Source: Mobula hypostoma
Taxonomy: Eukaryota
Assembly: GCF_963921235.1 (NCBI RefSeq)
Contig: NC_086097.1
Coordinates: forward strand, 29,700,001 to 29,764,000
Length of the DNA: 64,000 nucleotides
Direction of reading: 5' to 3'
Within the stretch, counting starts at the first letter, position 1. Every line of letters starts with the position of its first letter. Below, in pieces: positions 25,401 to 36,599 of the stretch. Under the pieces are notes generated by a model. That model searched no databases, was not told the origin of the DNA, and saw only the letters and a program-made list of their open reading frames with translations. A program made the translations under genes and the position numbers.

Positions 25401-26607
25401 TGGCAGTTCTTAAGATTAACTACCAGTCCCTGGGCACACAGGAAATCTGCACCGAGTAGAAGTCTAGCCACTTTAGCCAGGACAAAGTCCCATGTGTCAC
25501 ATCGTCCACTAAGGCAGAGTGTTACCCGTCGTGTCCTGTAGGTCTGGATCTTGCTGCCATTGGCGGCCTCCCGTGAGGTTTCGTCACTCTTTGCTGTTTC
25601 ATCAATAGGCAATGCTGGCAGCACACATGAGCAACTGTGTCACACAGGAAGCGTCGCCCTGAAAGGGTGTCCGTAATGAACAGTAGACGACCCTGGCAGC
25701 TGGAGCCCCTGGTGTTCACAGACCTCTGACGTCCCGATGTGCTGGCATTGTCGAAGCTGCAAGGTGGTCACCATTTCCTAGCATTCCTACCAAAGTGTGC
25801 ATGGTATAAACACACGCCAGGCATCGTCTGTTTTGCAGCCATGGACATCCTTATGATGGGGGCCTTTCTCTGTTGAGGTTGAGAGAGGAGGAGGAATGGT
25901 GAACCACTGCCTGGCTGTGTGTAGACTATCAGCCACTTTAGCAAGCTCCCTACAGTCCTTCACAGGTGCATTAGCAAGGGCTAAGCAGACTTGATCAGGC
26001 ATTTGCTACACAAAGAGTTCTTTAAAAATAATTTCCCAGGAGAGACAGCACGTGGTTCGCTAGCTCCGATGGTTTAGCATCGTCGAGGTCAGACAGGGTG
26101 TGCTCAGATTCCAATAGTCCACAAGTCTGTAAAAGGAGAGTTTATTGTGATTAGTATTTATCATGTTCAGGCGGGTGTTCTAGTAGACTCACCACTCTCA
26201 CAGATGTGGAATTGCTGAGCGACGCTGCTATGTAGTAGAAATTGATGTCAGTGGCCGTGATTTCTCACGGAATGAACTGGGCCTCAGCTTGTACAAACCA
26301 AGCGACGGCATTTTGCTCCCAAAACTCCAGCAGTTTCAAAGTGACTGCGTTGGTCGACACGTTCATTAACTCTGGAATCATCCTGGAGCATCGGGGTTGC
26401 CAATGTAGGCTTTTGCAAATAAAACAAAGTATGTTTAATGAAACCTGTAACACATATTATTGCACTCAAAAACCTCAACACAACAGTGTGCTAAAAAATC
26501 CTTACGTAACCACATCATCACATCAGAACAGACTCTTAAAGTGAGACCCTAACCCTATGTGGGTGGTTGTGAATTATGTACATTTCATCCAATTCTGTTA
26601 TCCTACA
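22425..26607 (-). mobile_element. Near full-length degraded Gypsy LTR retrotransposon nested in the gag of the RBM25-carrying element
   Basis: LTRs 22425-22627 and 26404-26607 (TGTAGG...ACA). PBS-like TTGGCAACCCCGATG and PPT CTTGGGGGGCCTG, both on minus. 4-bp TSD AGCT/AACT (one mismatch). Gag LKLLEFWEQNAVAWFVQAEAQF, protease GRRFLCDT, RT RPCGDCRCLNEATTPDHHPLPHIQDF, RNase H KYSTFD, integrase LAMVDRTTRWPE. Confidence 0.9.
23865..24320 (-). mobile_element. Rex1/Babar-type LINE 3' fragment inserted in the inner Gypsy pol
   Basis: AARITKDTTHPANTLFVPLPSGRRLRSLKTRTARFGNSFFPTVIRLLN, followed by an AT-rich 3' UTR and AAAGTAT tail repeats (minus). Confidence 0.85.
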
Positions 26608-26965
26608 AACTCAGTGTATGTATATATATATATGTTATCCGTAGTGTAATCAAACGCGCCAATCTTTCTGATGCTGTCAGCCATTTCGGTCTTTTTTTAT
26701 GATTATATTACTTGGTACTCACTGTTTATGAGCCCATAAATCTTTCTGTTTGCTGCCTTTTTTTAAAGCTCGACATGTCTTCCCTTCTGAAGAACACGTA
26801 CTTATTTTATCCGACTGTTTCTCTCTGCACTTTTTTTTTAACTCGAATGTCTCGTTACACTTAATCAAACAATATATTTATAACATTACTCAAATACTAC
26901 TGAAATATTAAAATACAGTACACAACAGTTTGATGTTTGACTGTATAATGGTGTATGATTAAATA

Positions 26966-27210
26966 ACTATGATGGTGTGTGAGTGTATGACGTTATGATG
27001 GTGTGTGAGTGTATGTCATTATGATGGTGTGTGAGTGAATGTCGTTATGATGGTGTGTGAGTGTATAACTATGATGGTGTGTGAGTGAATGTCATTATGA
27101 TGGTGTGTGAGTGTATGTCATTATGATGGTGTGTGAGTGTATGTCATTATGATGGTGTGTGAGTGAATGTCGTTATGATGGTGTGTGAGTGTATGACCGA
27201 ATGATGGTGT
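26966..27210. repeat. Minisatellite, ~26-bp unit, about 9 copies
   Basis: Tandem copies of ATGATGGTGTGTGAGTG(T/A)ATGTC(A/G)TT. Confidence 0.93.
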
Positions 27211-27285
27211 ATGCCTGCGTGACCAACTATGATCTTGTAAGATTCTACAATCCAGTGTGACCGTATGACCTTTTGACCTCTGCAG

Positions 27286-27519
27286 GGGTGAGCGTGACTA
27301 CAACCTGATGCTGTGCACAGACCTCTACACAACCAGGCATACACAATGGTTCTACTTCCAGGTGCAGAACACACACAAGGCAGTGCCCTACCGCTTCACT
27401 ATCGTCAACCTGACGAAGCCGACCAGCCTGTACAACAGGGGCATGAAGCCCCTCATGTACTCCAGCAGGGATGCCAGTGAGGGCCGCCTCGGCTGGCGCA
27501 GGGTTGGCACCCACATCAG
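27286..27519 (+). CDS. AGBL3: AGBL3/CCP3-like exon e
   Basis: ctctgcag|G...ATCAG|gtacga; GERDYNLMLCTDLYTTRHTQWFYFQVQNTHKAVPYRFTIVNLTKPTSLYNRGMKPLMYSSRDASEGRLGWRRVGTHIR, containing the CCP W(F/Y)YF motif. Confidence 0.95.
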
Positions 27520-28330
27520 GTACGACAAGAGAGCCTCTGCATAGAGTAGTGCCCTGTAACAAACTCGTCAGTCTCTACACAGATCCCCCGGCCACCACTG
27601 GCTTCTGCTGGGTGCAAGAGACAGTGTACCCCATGTCCGTAGGCCTGCAGCCTCCATTTTGCATATCTGCAAGGGCTGCTCCTTGCCTTCCAGCTGCGCT
27701 TTAGTTATTTACGTCATTCAGTAAGGAGGGACGAAGACATCCTGGTAAACTTGCTCTTGGAGCTGCCAAAGATGGATATTCGTGGGTTCTGGAAGCAGGC
27801 CCCAGAGGGTTTGGCCTGGGTGGAATGCCTGGTGGTGTCCTGGGGATGTGTCTATGCCTGGGTAATCATGGAGGGGTCTGCAGATACCATGGTGGTGTTC
27901 ATTTATTTATTTAGCTAAACAGAGCAGAGTAGGCCCTTCTGGCCCTTCGAGCCATGCTGTCCCAGCAACCCCCAACAAACCCGATTAACCCTAACATAAT
28001 CACGGGGCAATTTACAGTGACCAGTTAATCTACCCGGTACGACTTTGGACTGTGGGAGGAAACCAGAACTCCTGGGGAGGGGAACACACACATTCCACGG
28101 GGAGGACGGAATCGAACCCCTGACTCTGGAATGGCCCAAGCTGCTACACTACCCTGTGTTCCGGGACTGTCAGACACCACTAGGGATAAATGCTTTCCTT
28201 GGTAGAGATGGGAACATTTTAATTTAACTTAGTATGTGTTACTAATTGAGTTAGTCACTGTTAATGCCTATGTGTTTTTGCAGCATTGTAGAAGGTGATT
28301 AGCAATAAACATATTTTTGTAAAAATCCAG

Positions 28331-28879
28331 GTACTATAAGAGCACGTGCAGGGGTGAGGGGCACCAGTTCTACTCCCTCACCTGGACCTTCCAGTTTCCC
28401 CATGACTTGGACACCTGCTACTTCGCCCACTGCTACCCCTACAGTTACTCTGACCTCCAGGACTACCTGCTCGACGTGGCCACCGATCCAGTCAAGTCCA
28501 GCTATTGCAAGACCCGAGTCCTCTGTCGCTCGCTGGCCGGCAACATGATCTACCTGCTGACGGTGACCAACCCCTCCGAGAGCCCCGAGGCGGCGGCGAG
28601 GAAGAAGGCGGTGGTGCTGACCGCCCGCGTCCACCCGGGCGAGAGCAACAGCTCGTGGGTGATGAAGGGCTTCCTGGACCACCTCCTGGGCGACTCCGCT
28701 GATGCCCACCTGCTCCGGGACACCTTCCTCTTCAAGATCGTGCCAATGCTGAATCCGGACGGGGTGATCGTAGGGAACTACCGCTGCTCGCTCTCCGGCC
28801 GGGATCTGAACAGGCAATACCGCAGCCTGTTGCAGGAACGCTACCCCCCAGCGTGGTATACCCGGAAGCTCGTCAAACG
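28331..28879 (+). CDS. AGBL3: AGBL3/CCP3-like exon f (M14 catalytic core, Zn ligands HPGE)
   Basis: atccag|G...AAACG|gtgaga; YYK...SLTWTFQFPHDLDTCYFAHCYPYSYSDL...ARVHPGESNSSW...VPMLNPDGVIVGNYRCSLSGRDLNR...KLVKR. Confidence 0.97.
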
Positions 28880-29158
28880 GTGAGAGGCCACAGCGGAATT
28901 ACCTTCACCTAGCTCAAGTGTCGGGAAGTTATGTTGCAGCTTTATAAAACTCCGGTGAGGCCGCATCAGGGGCATTGCATTCACTCTTGGTTGCCCCATT
29001 TCTTCCCCTTCATTTCCTTCCTTCTGATGCCCCTTCTTCTTCCATGGTCTACTGTCCTCTCCTATCAGATTCCTCCTTCCTCAGCCCTTTACCTTTTCCA
29101 CCTATCACCTACCAGCTTCTTACTTCATCCCCTCCCCCACCTACACTCCTTTACTCTC

Positions 29159-30234
29159 GCAAACAACAGGAATTCTGCAGATGCTGGAATTTCAAGCGAC
29201 ACACATCAAAGTTGCTGGTGAACGCAGCAGGCCAGGCAGCATCTCTAAGAAGAGGTACAGCTGACATTTCGGGCTGAGACCCTTCGTCAGGACTAACAGA
29301 AAGAAGAGCTAGCAAGAGATTTGAAAGTGAGAGGGTGAGGTGGAGATTCGAAATGATAGGAGAGGACAGGTGGGGGGGGATGGAGCTGAGCTGGACAGGT
29401 GATTGGCAAAAGAGATATGAGAGGATCATGGGACAGGAGGCCTATCCCTCCCCACCAATCTCCTTCCTGGCACTTATCCTTGTAAGCGGAACAAGTGCTA
29501 CACATGCCCTTACACTTCCTCCCTCACTACCATTCAGGGCCCCAGACACTTCACTTGTGAGTCGGCTGGGGTGATATACTGCGTCCGGTGCTCCCAATGT
29601 GGCCTTCTATATATTGGCGAGACCCGATGCAGACTGAGAGATCATTTCGCTGAACACCCATGCTCTGTCTGCCAGAGAAAGCAGGATCTCCCAGTGGCCA
29701 CACATTTCAATTCCATGTCCCATTCCCATTCTGATATGTCTATCCACGGCCTCCTCTACTGTCAAGATGAAGCCACACTCAGGTTGGAGGAACAACACCT
29801 TATAGTCCGTCTGGGTAGCCTCCAACGTGATGGCATGAACATTGACTTCTCTAACTTCCACTCTTGCCCCACCTCCCCCTCGTACCCCATCCGTTATTTA
29901 TTTATACACACACATTCTTTTTCTCTCTCTCCTTTTTCTCCCTCTGTCCCTCTCACTATACCCCTTGCCCATCCTCTGGGGTTCCCCCCTCCCCCTTTTC
30001 TTCCTCCCTAGGCCTCCTGTCCCATGATCCTCTCATATCCCTTTTGCCAATCACCTGTCCAGCTCTTGGCTCCATCTCTCCCCCTCCTGTCTTCTCCTAT
30101 CATTTCGGATCTCCACCTCCCCCCCCCCACTTTCCCACTTTCAAATCTCTTACTTTCTCTTCTTTCAGTTAGTCCTGACGAAGGGTCTCGGCCCAAAACG
30201 TCAACTGTACCTCTTCCTAGAGATGCTGCTTGGT
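29159..30234 (+). mobile_element. Penelope-like element (GIY-YIG 3' part) with inverted pseudo-LTRs and 13-bp TSD, inserted in an older Penelope-like terminus (~29000-29158 and 30235-30470)
   Basis: ORF 29571: IYCVRCSQCGLLYIGETRCRLRDHFAEH...PVATHFNS...RLEEQHLIVRLGSLQRDGMNIDF. 29230-29444 is the inverted copy of 30008-30232. CTCCTTTACTCTC at 29146-29158 and 30235-30247. Confidence 0.9.
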
Positions 30235-30864
30235 CTCCTTTACTCTCTCCTGGTCTCACCTCCATCCTCCCAGCTTGTACTCCCTCCCCTCTCACAATTT
30301 TCTTATTCTGGCTTCTGCCCCTTTCCATTCCAGTCTTGATGAAGGGTCTCGGCCTGAAACAGCGACCCGTAACTCCTCTGCATAGATGCTGCCTGACCTG
30401 CTGAGTACCTCCAGTATTTTGTGTGTGTGATGCTCAAGACTTCCAGCATCTGCAGAATCTCTTCTGTTTACCATTACTGGAGGATCTGAAGGCTTTGATG
30501 AGGGCGTAGAAGAGTTTCATCAGGATGCCACCTGGATTAGAGGGCATCTGCCGAAAAGAGAGGCTATTGAGTGGCGTGGTAGCCTAGAGGTTAGCGTAAC
30601 GTTTTACACTACTAGCGATCAGGGTTAAACTCCCACTGTTGACTGTAAGGAGTATTTTCTCACCCCATGACCGAGTAGTTTTCCTTGGGGTGCTCCAGTT
30701 TCCTCGCTGGTCTGAAAGATTTACAGATTAGGGTTAGTAAATTGTCGGAATGCTATGTTGGCGACACTTGCTGCTGCCCTCAGCACAAGTTTGGGCTGTT
30801 GTTTGTTGGTGCAAACAGTGCATTTCACTATATGTTTTGATGTACACATGACAAGTAGAGTTAG

Positions 30865-32500
30865 AACACAGAACATTAAAGCACAGTACAGGCCCTTTGG
30901 CTATTAATGTTCTGCCAACATTTTAACCTACTGAACCTTCCCACCCACATATCCTCTATTTTTCCCTCATCAACATGCCTATCCAAGAGTTTCTTAAATG
31001 CCCCTAAAGTATCTGCCTCTACCACCACCCCTGGCAGGGTATTCTATGTACTCACCACTCTCTGAGTAAAATATCTACCTCCAACTTTCCTACAATCATC
31101 TTAAAATTACGCTCCTCATATTAGCCATTTCCATCCTGGAATTAAAAAAAAGCATTGGCTATTCATTTTATCACCTTGTACACCTCAATCAAGTGACCTC
31201 TCATTCTTGGTTGCTCCAAAGAAAATAGCCCTAGCTCACTCAACCTATCCTCATAAGACATGCTTTCTAATCCTGGTAAATCTCTTCTGCACCCTCCCTA
31301 AAGATTCCACATCCTTTCTATAATGAGGTGACCAGAACTGAACACAGGAATCCAAGTGGGGTGGTCTAACCAGGGGTTTATAGAGCTGCAACGTTATCCC
31401 TCAATTCTCTGAACGATGAAGGCCAACAAACTATATACTTTCTTAAACACCTGTCAACTTGTGCGGCAACATTGAATGATCTGTGGACATATCCCCAAGA
31501 TCCCTCTGTTCCTCCACACTGCCAAGAATCCTGCTATTAACCCTGTATTTTATCTTCAAATTCAAACTTCCAAAATGAATCACTTCACACTTTTCCAGGT
31601 TGAACTCCATCTGCCACTTCTTGGCACAGCTCTACATCCTGTCAATGTCCCATTGTGATTTAAAACAACTCTCCACACCATCCACAACAGCTCCATCTTT
31701 CATGTCATCTGCAAACTTACTAACTCACCAAGGCATTTCCTCATCCAAGTCGGTCATAAAAATCACAAAGAGCAGATCCTTGGGGAACATCACTGGACAC
31801 AGTCCTCCAGGCAGAATATGTTCCATTTACAACCACTACCTGCCTTCTGTGGGCAAGTCAGTTCCGTATCCACACTGCCAGGTGTCCCTGCATCCCATGC
31901 TTCCTCACTTCACTTATTTATTGAGACATAGTGCAGAATAGGCCCTTCAAGCCTTCGAACCAATCCATCAAGCAAACCCTGAATTAACCCTAGCTTAATT
32001 GTGGGAAAATTTACAATAATTAACTTTCTACCCAGTACATCTTTGGACTGAGGGAGGAAACCAGAGCATCTGGAGAAAACCCATGCATTCCACGGGGAGG
32101 GCTGTACGGACACCTTATAGATAATGTCAGGAATTCCTTCTGAATGAGCTTACCACGGGGAACCTTGTTGAACGAATGCCTTGCTAAAATCCATTTACAC
32201 CACATCCACCCTCTACTTCATCAATATGCTTTGTCACATCCTTAAAGAATTCAGTTAGGCTCACGAGGCATGACCTGCCCCTCACAAAGATAGGTTGACT
32301 ATTCCTAATCAGATTATGCTTCTTCAAATGTTTGTAAATCCTGTCTCTGAGAACCTTCTCCAGTAGTTTGCCTACCACTGATGTTACCGGGACATCTATA
32401 ATTCACAGAAACGCCCTTATTATCTTCCTTGAGCAAAGGAATAACATTTGCCAGCCTCCAATCTCTGTTACTACTTTTGTGGTCAGTGAGGACACAACGA
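30865..32500 (-). mobile_element. CR1-type LINE fragments, degraded, with a SINE insertion (~31910-32135)
   Basis: MVGKLLEKVLRDRIYKHL...GRSCLVSLTEFF; typical CR1 3' end gaacattaaagcacagtacaggccc. Confidence 0.75.
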
Positions 32501-33303
32501 TCATCACCAAAATTCAGCAGTCTCTTCCATAGCAAGCAGTGATGCGTCCAGGTCGGATGCCTTCTATGACAAAAATTGGTGAGGGTCAATATGGGCAGGG
32601 CAAATTTCTTTAGCTTCCTGAGGAAGTGACCTACCTCTAACCTGTCAGACCACACACTCACAGAGTGGGGAGCACTGGGGTTGGATACAGAGTAAGACTC
32701 CGTCTACACTGGCAGCAACACTCCCGGAGCAGGGAGTACAGGGATTGGATGAAGAGCAAGTCTCTCTTTACCCTGTTCCATAACACATTCCAGTGCAGGA
32801 ACAGCACAGGTCTGAAGTGCAGAATCAGGCTTATTATCATTGGCATATGTCGTGGAATTTGTTGCTTTGTCCAGCTGTACAGTGGAATACATAAAATATA
32901 CTATAAATCACAATAAGGATCGTACACAATATTCTGTAGATGCTGGAAATCCAGAGTAACACACACAAGATGCTCGAGAAACTCAGCAGGCCAGGCAGCA
33001 TCTATGGAGGGGAATAGCCTGAAATGTTGACTCTTTATTCCTTTCCATAGATGCTGCCTGACCTGCTGAGTTCCTCCAGCATTCTGTGTGTTTTACTAAA
33101 GATACTGTAAATAAACAACCAATGTTCAAAAGAAGACAAATTATGCAAATAAAAAAATATATACTGAGAACACGAGTTTTAGTGCTGTCTGGTACGATGT
33201 GTCACGCCCAAGGACAACTGGGCTGGGGTTGTGCAGAGCTGGGGAGCACTAACTCTCGTGGGGACAAAGGTGAGATGCATTGGTGATTCTGGCCTCTTGT
33301 CAG

Positions 33304-33463
33304 GTTGGTGGAAGAGCGAGTGGTTTTAATTTACTGCGACTTGCATGGACACAGCCGGAAACAGAACGTCTTCGTGTATGGCTGCCAGGAGCACGGCACG
33401 GTGTCGTCGTACCTGAACCAGCGAGTCTTCCCTCTCATGTTGAGCAAGAATTGTGATGACAAG
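33304..33463 (+). CDS. AGBL3: AGBL3/CCP3-like exon g (third Zn ligand, DLHGH)
   Basis: ctcttgtcag|G...GACAAG|gtacaa; [53 protein letters not shown]. Confidence 0.96.
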
Positions 33464-35304
33464 GTACAATTAGATTCCAATTCCAATTCTGATTTATTTA
33501 TCACATATACACTGAAGCGCACAGCATTGTTTGCGTTAACAACCAACATGACCTAAGGATGTGCTGGGGGCAGCCCACAAGTGTCGCCACACGTTCCAGC
33601 GCCAGCAAGCCCAATGTTCAGCAGAACCAAGCAGTAACAACAAACAACAGGAAAGCGAGAACTTTCTCTCCCACCCACTCACACACACACAAGCAGGCCT
33701 CCAACCACAGGGCAGCACAGTCACCGACAGTGGGGCTAGCTTGCCTTCACTGGATGGGGCATTGAGTACAAGAGCCGGGACGTCATGTTATAGCTGTATA
33801 GGAGACCACACTAACGTGCGCATTCACACCAATGCGCCAACAGTGCGTATCTCTGCTTAACCACATGTAGCAAGGATTAGATTAAGCTGGAGAGTTGCAT
33901 GGAAGACCATAAGACCATAAAACATAGGAGCAGAATAAGGCCATTCAGCCCATCATGGCTGTTCTGCCTTTTGATCATGGCAGATTGGTTATCAAAATTC
34001 TACAAAGATTGATAGGTATCTGAGTAGCCAGGGCATCAAAGGTTATGGTGAGAAGGCAGGGGAGTGGGACTAAATGGGAGAATGGATCAGCTCATGATAA
34101 AATGGCGGAGCAGACTCGATGGGCCGAATGGCCGACTTCTGCTCCTTTGTCTTATGGTCTTATGGTCTTAAAGGTATATATTCATAAATTAGTAAATTTG
34201 TTTATTATTGTCATATGCATTGAGATACAGTGAAAAACTCATTTTGGATGCCATCATACAGATCACTTCATTACACAGTGCATTGAGTTTGTAAACGGTA
34301 AAACAACAACAGAATGCAGAATAAAGTGTTACAGTTATAGAGAAAGTGCAGCGCAGGTAAACAATAAAATGCAAGGTCATAAGAAGGTAGATTGTGAGGT
34401 CAGGAATTCATTTTATGGTGCTAAGAGGTTGTTCAATATAAGAGTGGGGTAGGAGCTGGTGGTACAGTGGCATAGCTGTTAGCATGGCACTGTTACAGCT
34501 CGAGGTGTGGAGTTCATAGTTCAATTCCAGTGTCCTCTGTAAGGAGTCTGTACGTCCACCCTGTGGACTACATGGGTTTTCTACGGGCCCCCCTGGTTTC
34601 CTCCCACAGTCCAAAGATTTACTAGGTAGGTTCAATACACTTGCTCATAGCCCGTATCAGAATCAGATTATCCCTGATGGTAGTAATGAGAAGAGGGCAT
34701 GTCACAGATGGGGAGGGTCCTTTGTGATGGATGCTGTCTTCTTGATGGACCGCCTCTTGAAGATGTCCTCGATGCTGGGGAGGGTTTTTATTATTTTTAT
34801 TTATAGACACTGCAAGGAAACAGGCCCCTCTGGCCCAATTACATTTGTTTTGCCCGTCATCCCCACTGGGGCACAGGCCACCGACAGGAGCTTGCCTGAG
34901 TCCTCTGTCCCGGCCCAGTCTTTCAAGTTGTCCCCAGATGTAGCCCATCTTCAAATATCCTTCTTCTCCCAGGGATGAGGTCTTTGGAACTACTGTAGCT
35001 CTGGGTTTTAATGTGATGGGGGTTCTAGTCCCATGCCCAATGTGCAGCAGAAGCTTGGGATGGTCCATGGTGGAGTTCCAGTTTTCCTGCTAACCCTTAC
35101 ACCTTTGGGAGATGGGAAGAAACCGGAGCACACAGGGGAAGCCCACACAGTCACAGGGAGAACAAGCCCGAGTCTCTCGTGCCGTTATTGCGTTATGATA
35201 ACCACAACACTACCGTGCCTCCCCCGTATGCCCGTGATGGAGCTAGCTGGGTCCACAATCCTGTACAGCCTCTTGCGATCCTGTCCATTGATGCCTCCAT
35301 ACCA

Positions 35305-36185
35305 GGCTGGTGCCAAAACAACAACCTCTCATTCAATGTTAGTAAAACTAAAGAGCTGATTATCCACTACAGGAGGAAGCAACCAGAAGTTCATGAACCA
35401 GTCCTCATCAGAGGATCAGAGGTGGGGAGTGTCAGTAACTTTAAATTCCTCGGCACTATCATATCAGAGGATCTGTCCTGGGACCAGTACATAAATGGCA
35501 TCACAAAGAAAGCATTGGTGGCAATTCTACTTTCTTAGAAGATTTTGAAGATTTGGCAGGTCATCTAAAACTTTGACAAACTTATATAGATGCAAAGTGG
35601 AGAGTATCCTAAGTGGTTGCATCACAACCTGGTATGGAAGCATCAATGCCCAGGAATGGAAAAGCCTACAAAAAGTAGTGGATATAGCCCAGTCCATCAC
35701 ATGAAAAGCCCATTCCCACCACTGAGCACATCTACAAGGAGTACTGTCATGAAAAAGCAACACCCATCATCAAAGACCTCCAAAATCCAGGCCATGCTCT
35801 CCTCTCACTGCTGCCATTGGGAAGGAGGTAGAAGAATTTGAAGTCCCACACCACCAGGTTATTACCCGTCAACCATCAGACTCCTCAGCTGACGTGGATA
35901 ACTTTGTCATGTCAACAATGAATTGATTCTACAACCTATGGACTCACTTCAAGTACTCTACAACTTATGTTCAGTGTATTATTTATTAATTATTATGTTT
36001 GTAATTGAGCAGTTTGTCTTCTCATGTTCATTGGTTTGCATATTGTTTGTCAGTCTTTGTGTTTTTTCATTGATTCTATTGTATTTCTTTGTTCTATTGT
36101 GAATGCCCACAAGAAAATGAATCTCAAGGTTGTAAATGGAGACAGGTACATACTTTGATAATAAATATACTTTGATTTTGACTTT
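35305..36185 (+). mobile_element. Rex1/Babar-type LINE 3' fragment
   Basis: WCQNNNLSFNVSKTKELII...FKFLGTIISEDLSW; tail ACTTTGATTTTGACTTTGA. Confidence 0.8.
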
Positions 36186-36362
36186 GAGAATGTTCTCCAC
36201 CATGCAAGTGTAGAAATTTGCAGAAACTGAATCAATATCAGAATCAGGTTTAATATCGCTGATATGAAATTTGTTGTATTTGGTGACATACAAAATCTCA
36301 TGAGACTTTGAACAAATTAAAGCTGACATTAATCCCATTTTTAAAAATTATTCTCCCCACAG

Positions 36363-36489
36363 TTCTCCTTCCCGAGCTGTAAGTTCCACATGAAGCGGGA
36401 GAAGGAAGGGACAGGCCGCGTGATGGCATGGAGGATGGGTGTGGCTAACAGTTACACACTTGAGGCCACCTTCTGTGGCTCCACCTTGG
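36363..36489 (+). CDS. AGBL3: AGBL3/CCP3-like exon h (catalytic Glu, YTLEATF)
   Basis: ctccccacag|TTC...TTGG|gtgagt; [42 protein letters not shown]. Confidence 0.96.
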
Positions 36490-36599
36490 GTGAGTGCAGA
36501 GTGGCCAATCAAATACTTCAATCAGACTAGCCATTCAGAAACGCTTTAATCAGGGTGGCCAATCAAGTGCTTTAATCAAGGTGACCAATCAGAAAGTAC

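Larger units (their letters stand above)
20795..26927 (-). mobile_element. Non-autonomous Gypsy LTR retrotransposon: gag, captured RBM25 fragment, integrase tail; contains nested insertions
   Basis: 3' LTR ~20795-21006 and partial 5' LTR ~26858-26927 share TTAATCAAACAATATATTTATAA(T/C)ATTACTCAAATA(T/C)TACTGAAATATTAAA...ACACAACA. PPT AAGCAGGGAGGAG (minus) at 21007-21019. Gag fragments IEQYF, APTKPAEMSFAE and QEHLEPKPLLIAEHFRFHKWNQREGESIS. Integrase tail ERLYPRRVSKPLQ*LNL*. Confidence 0.85.
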
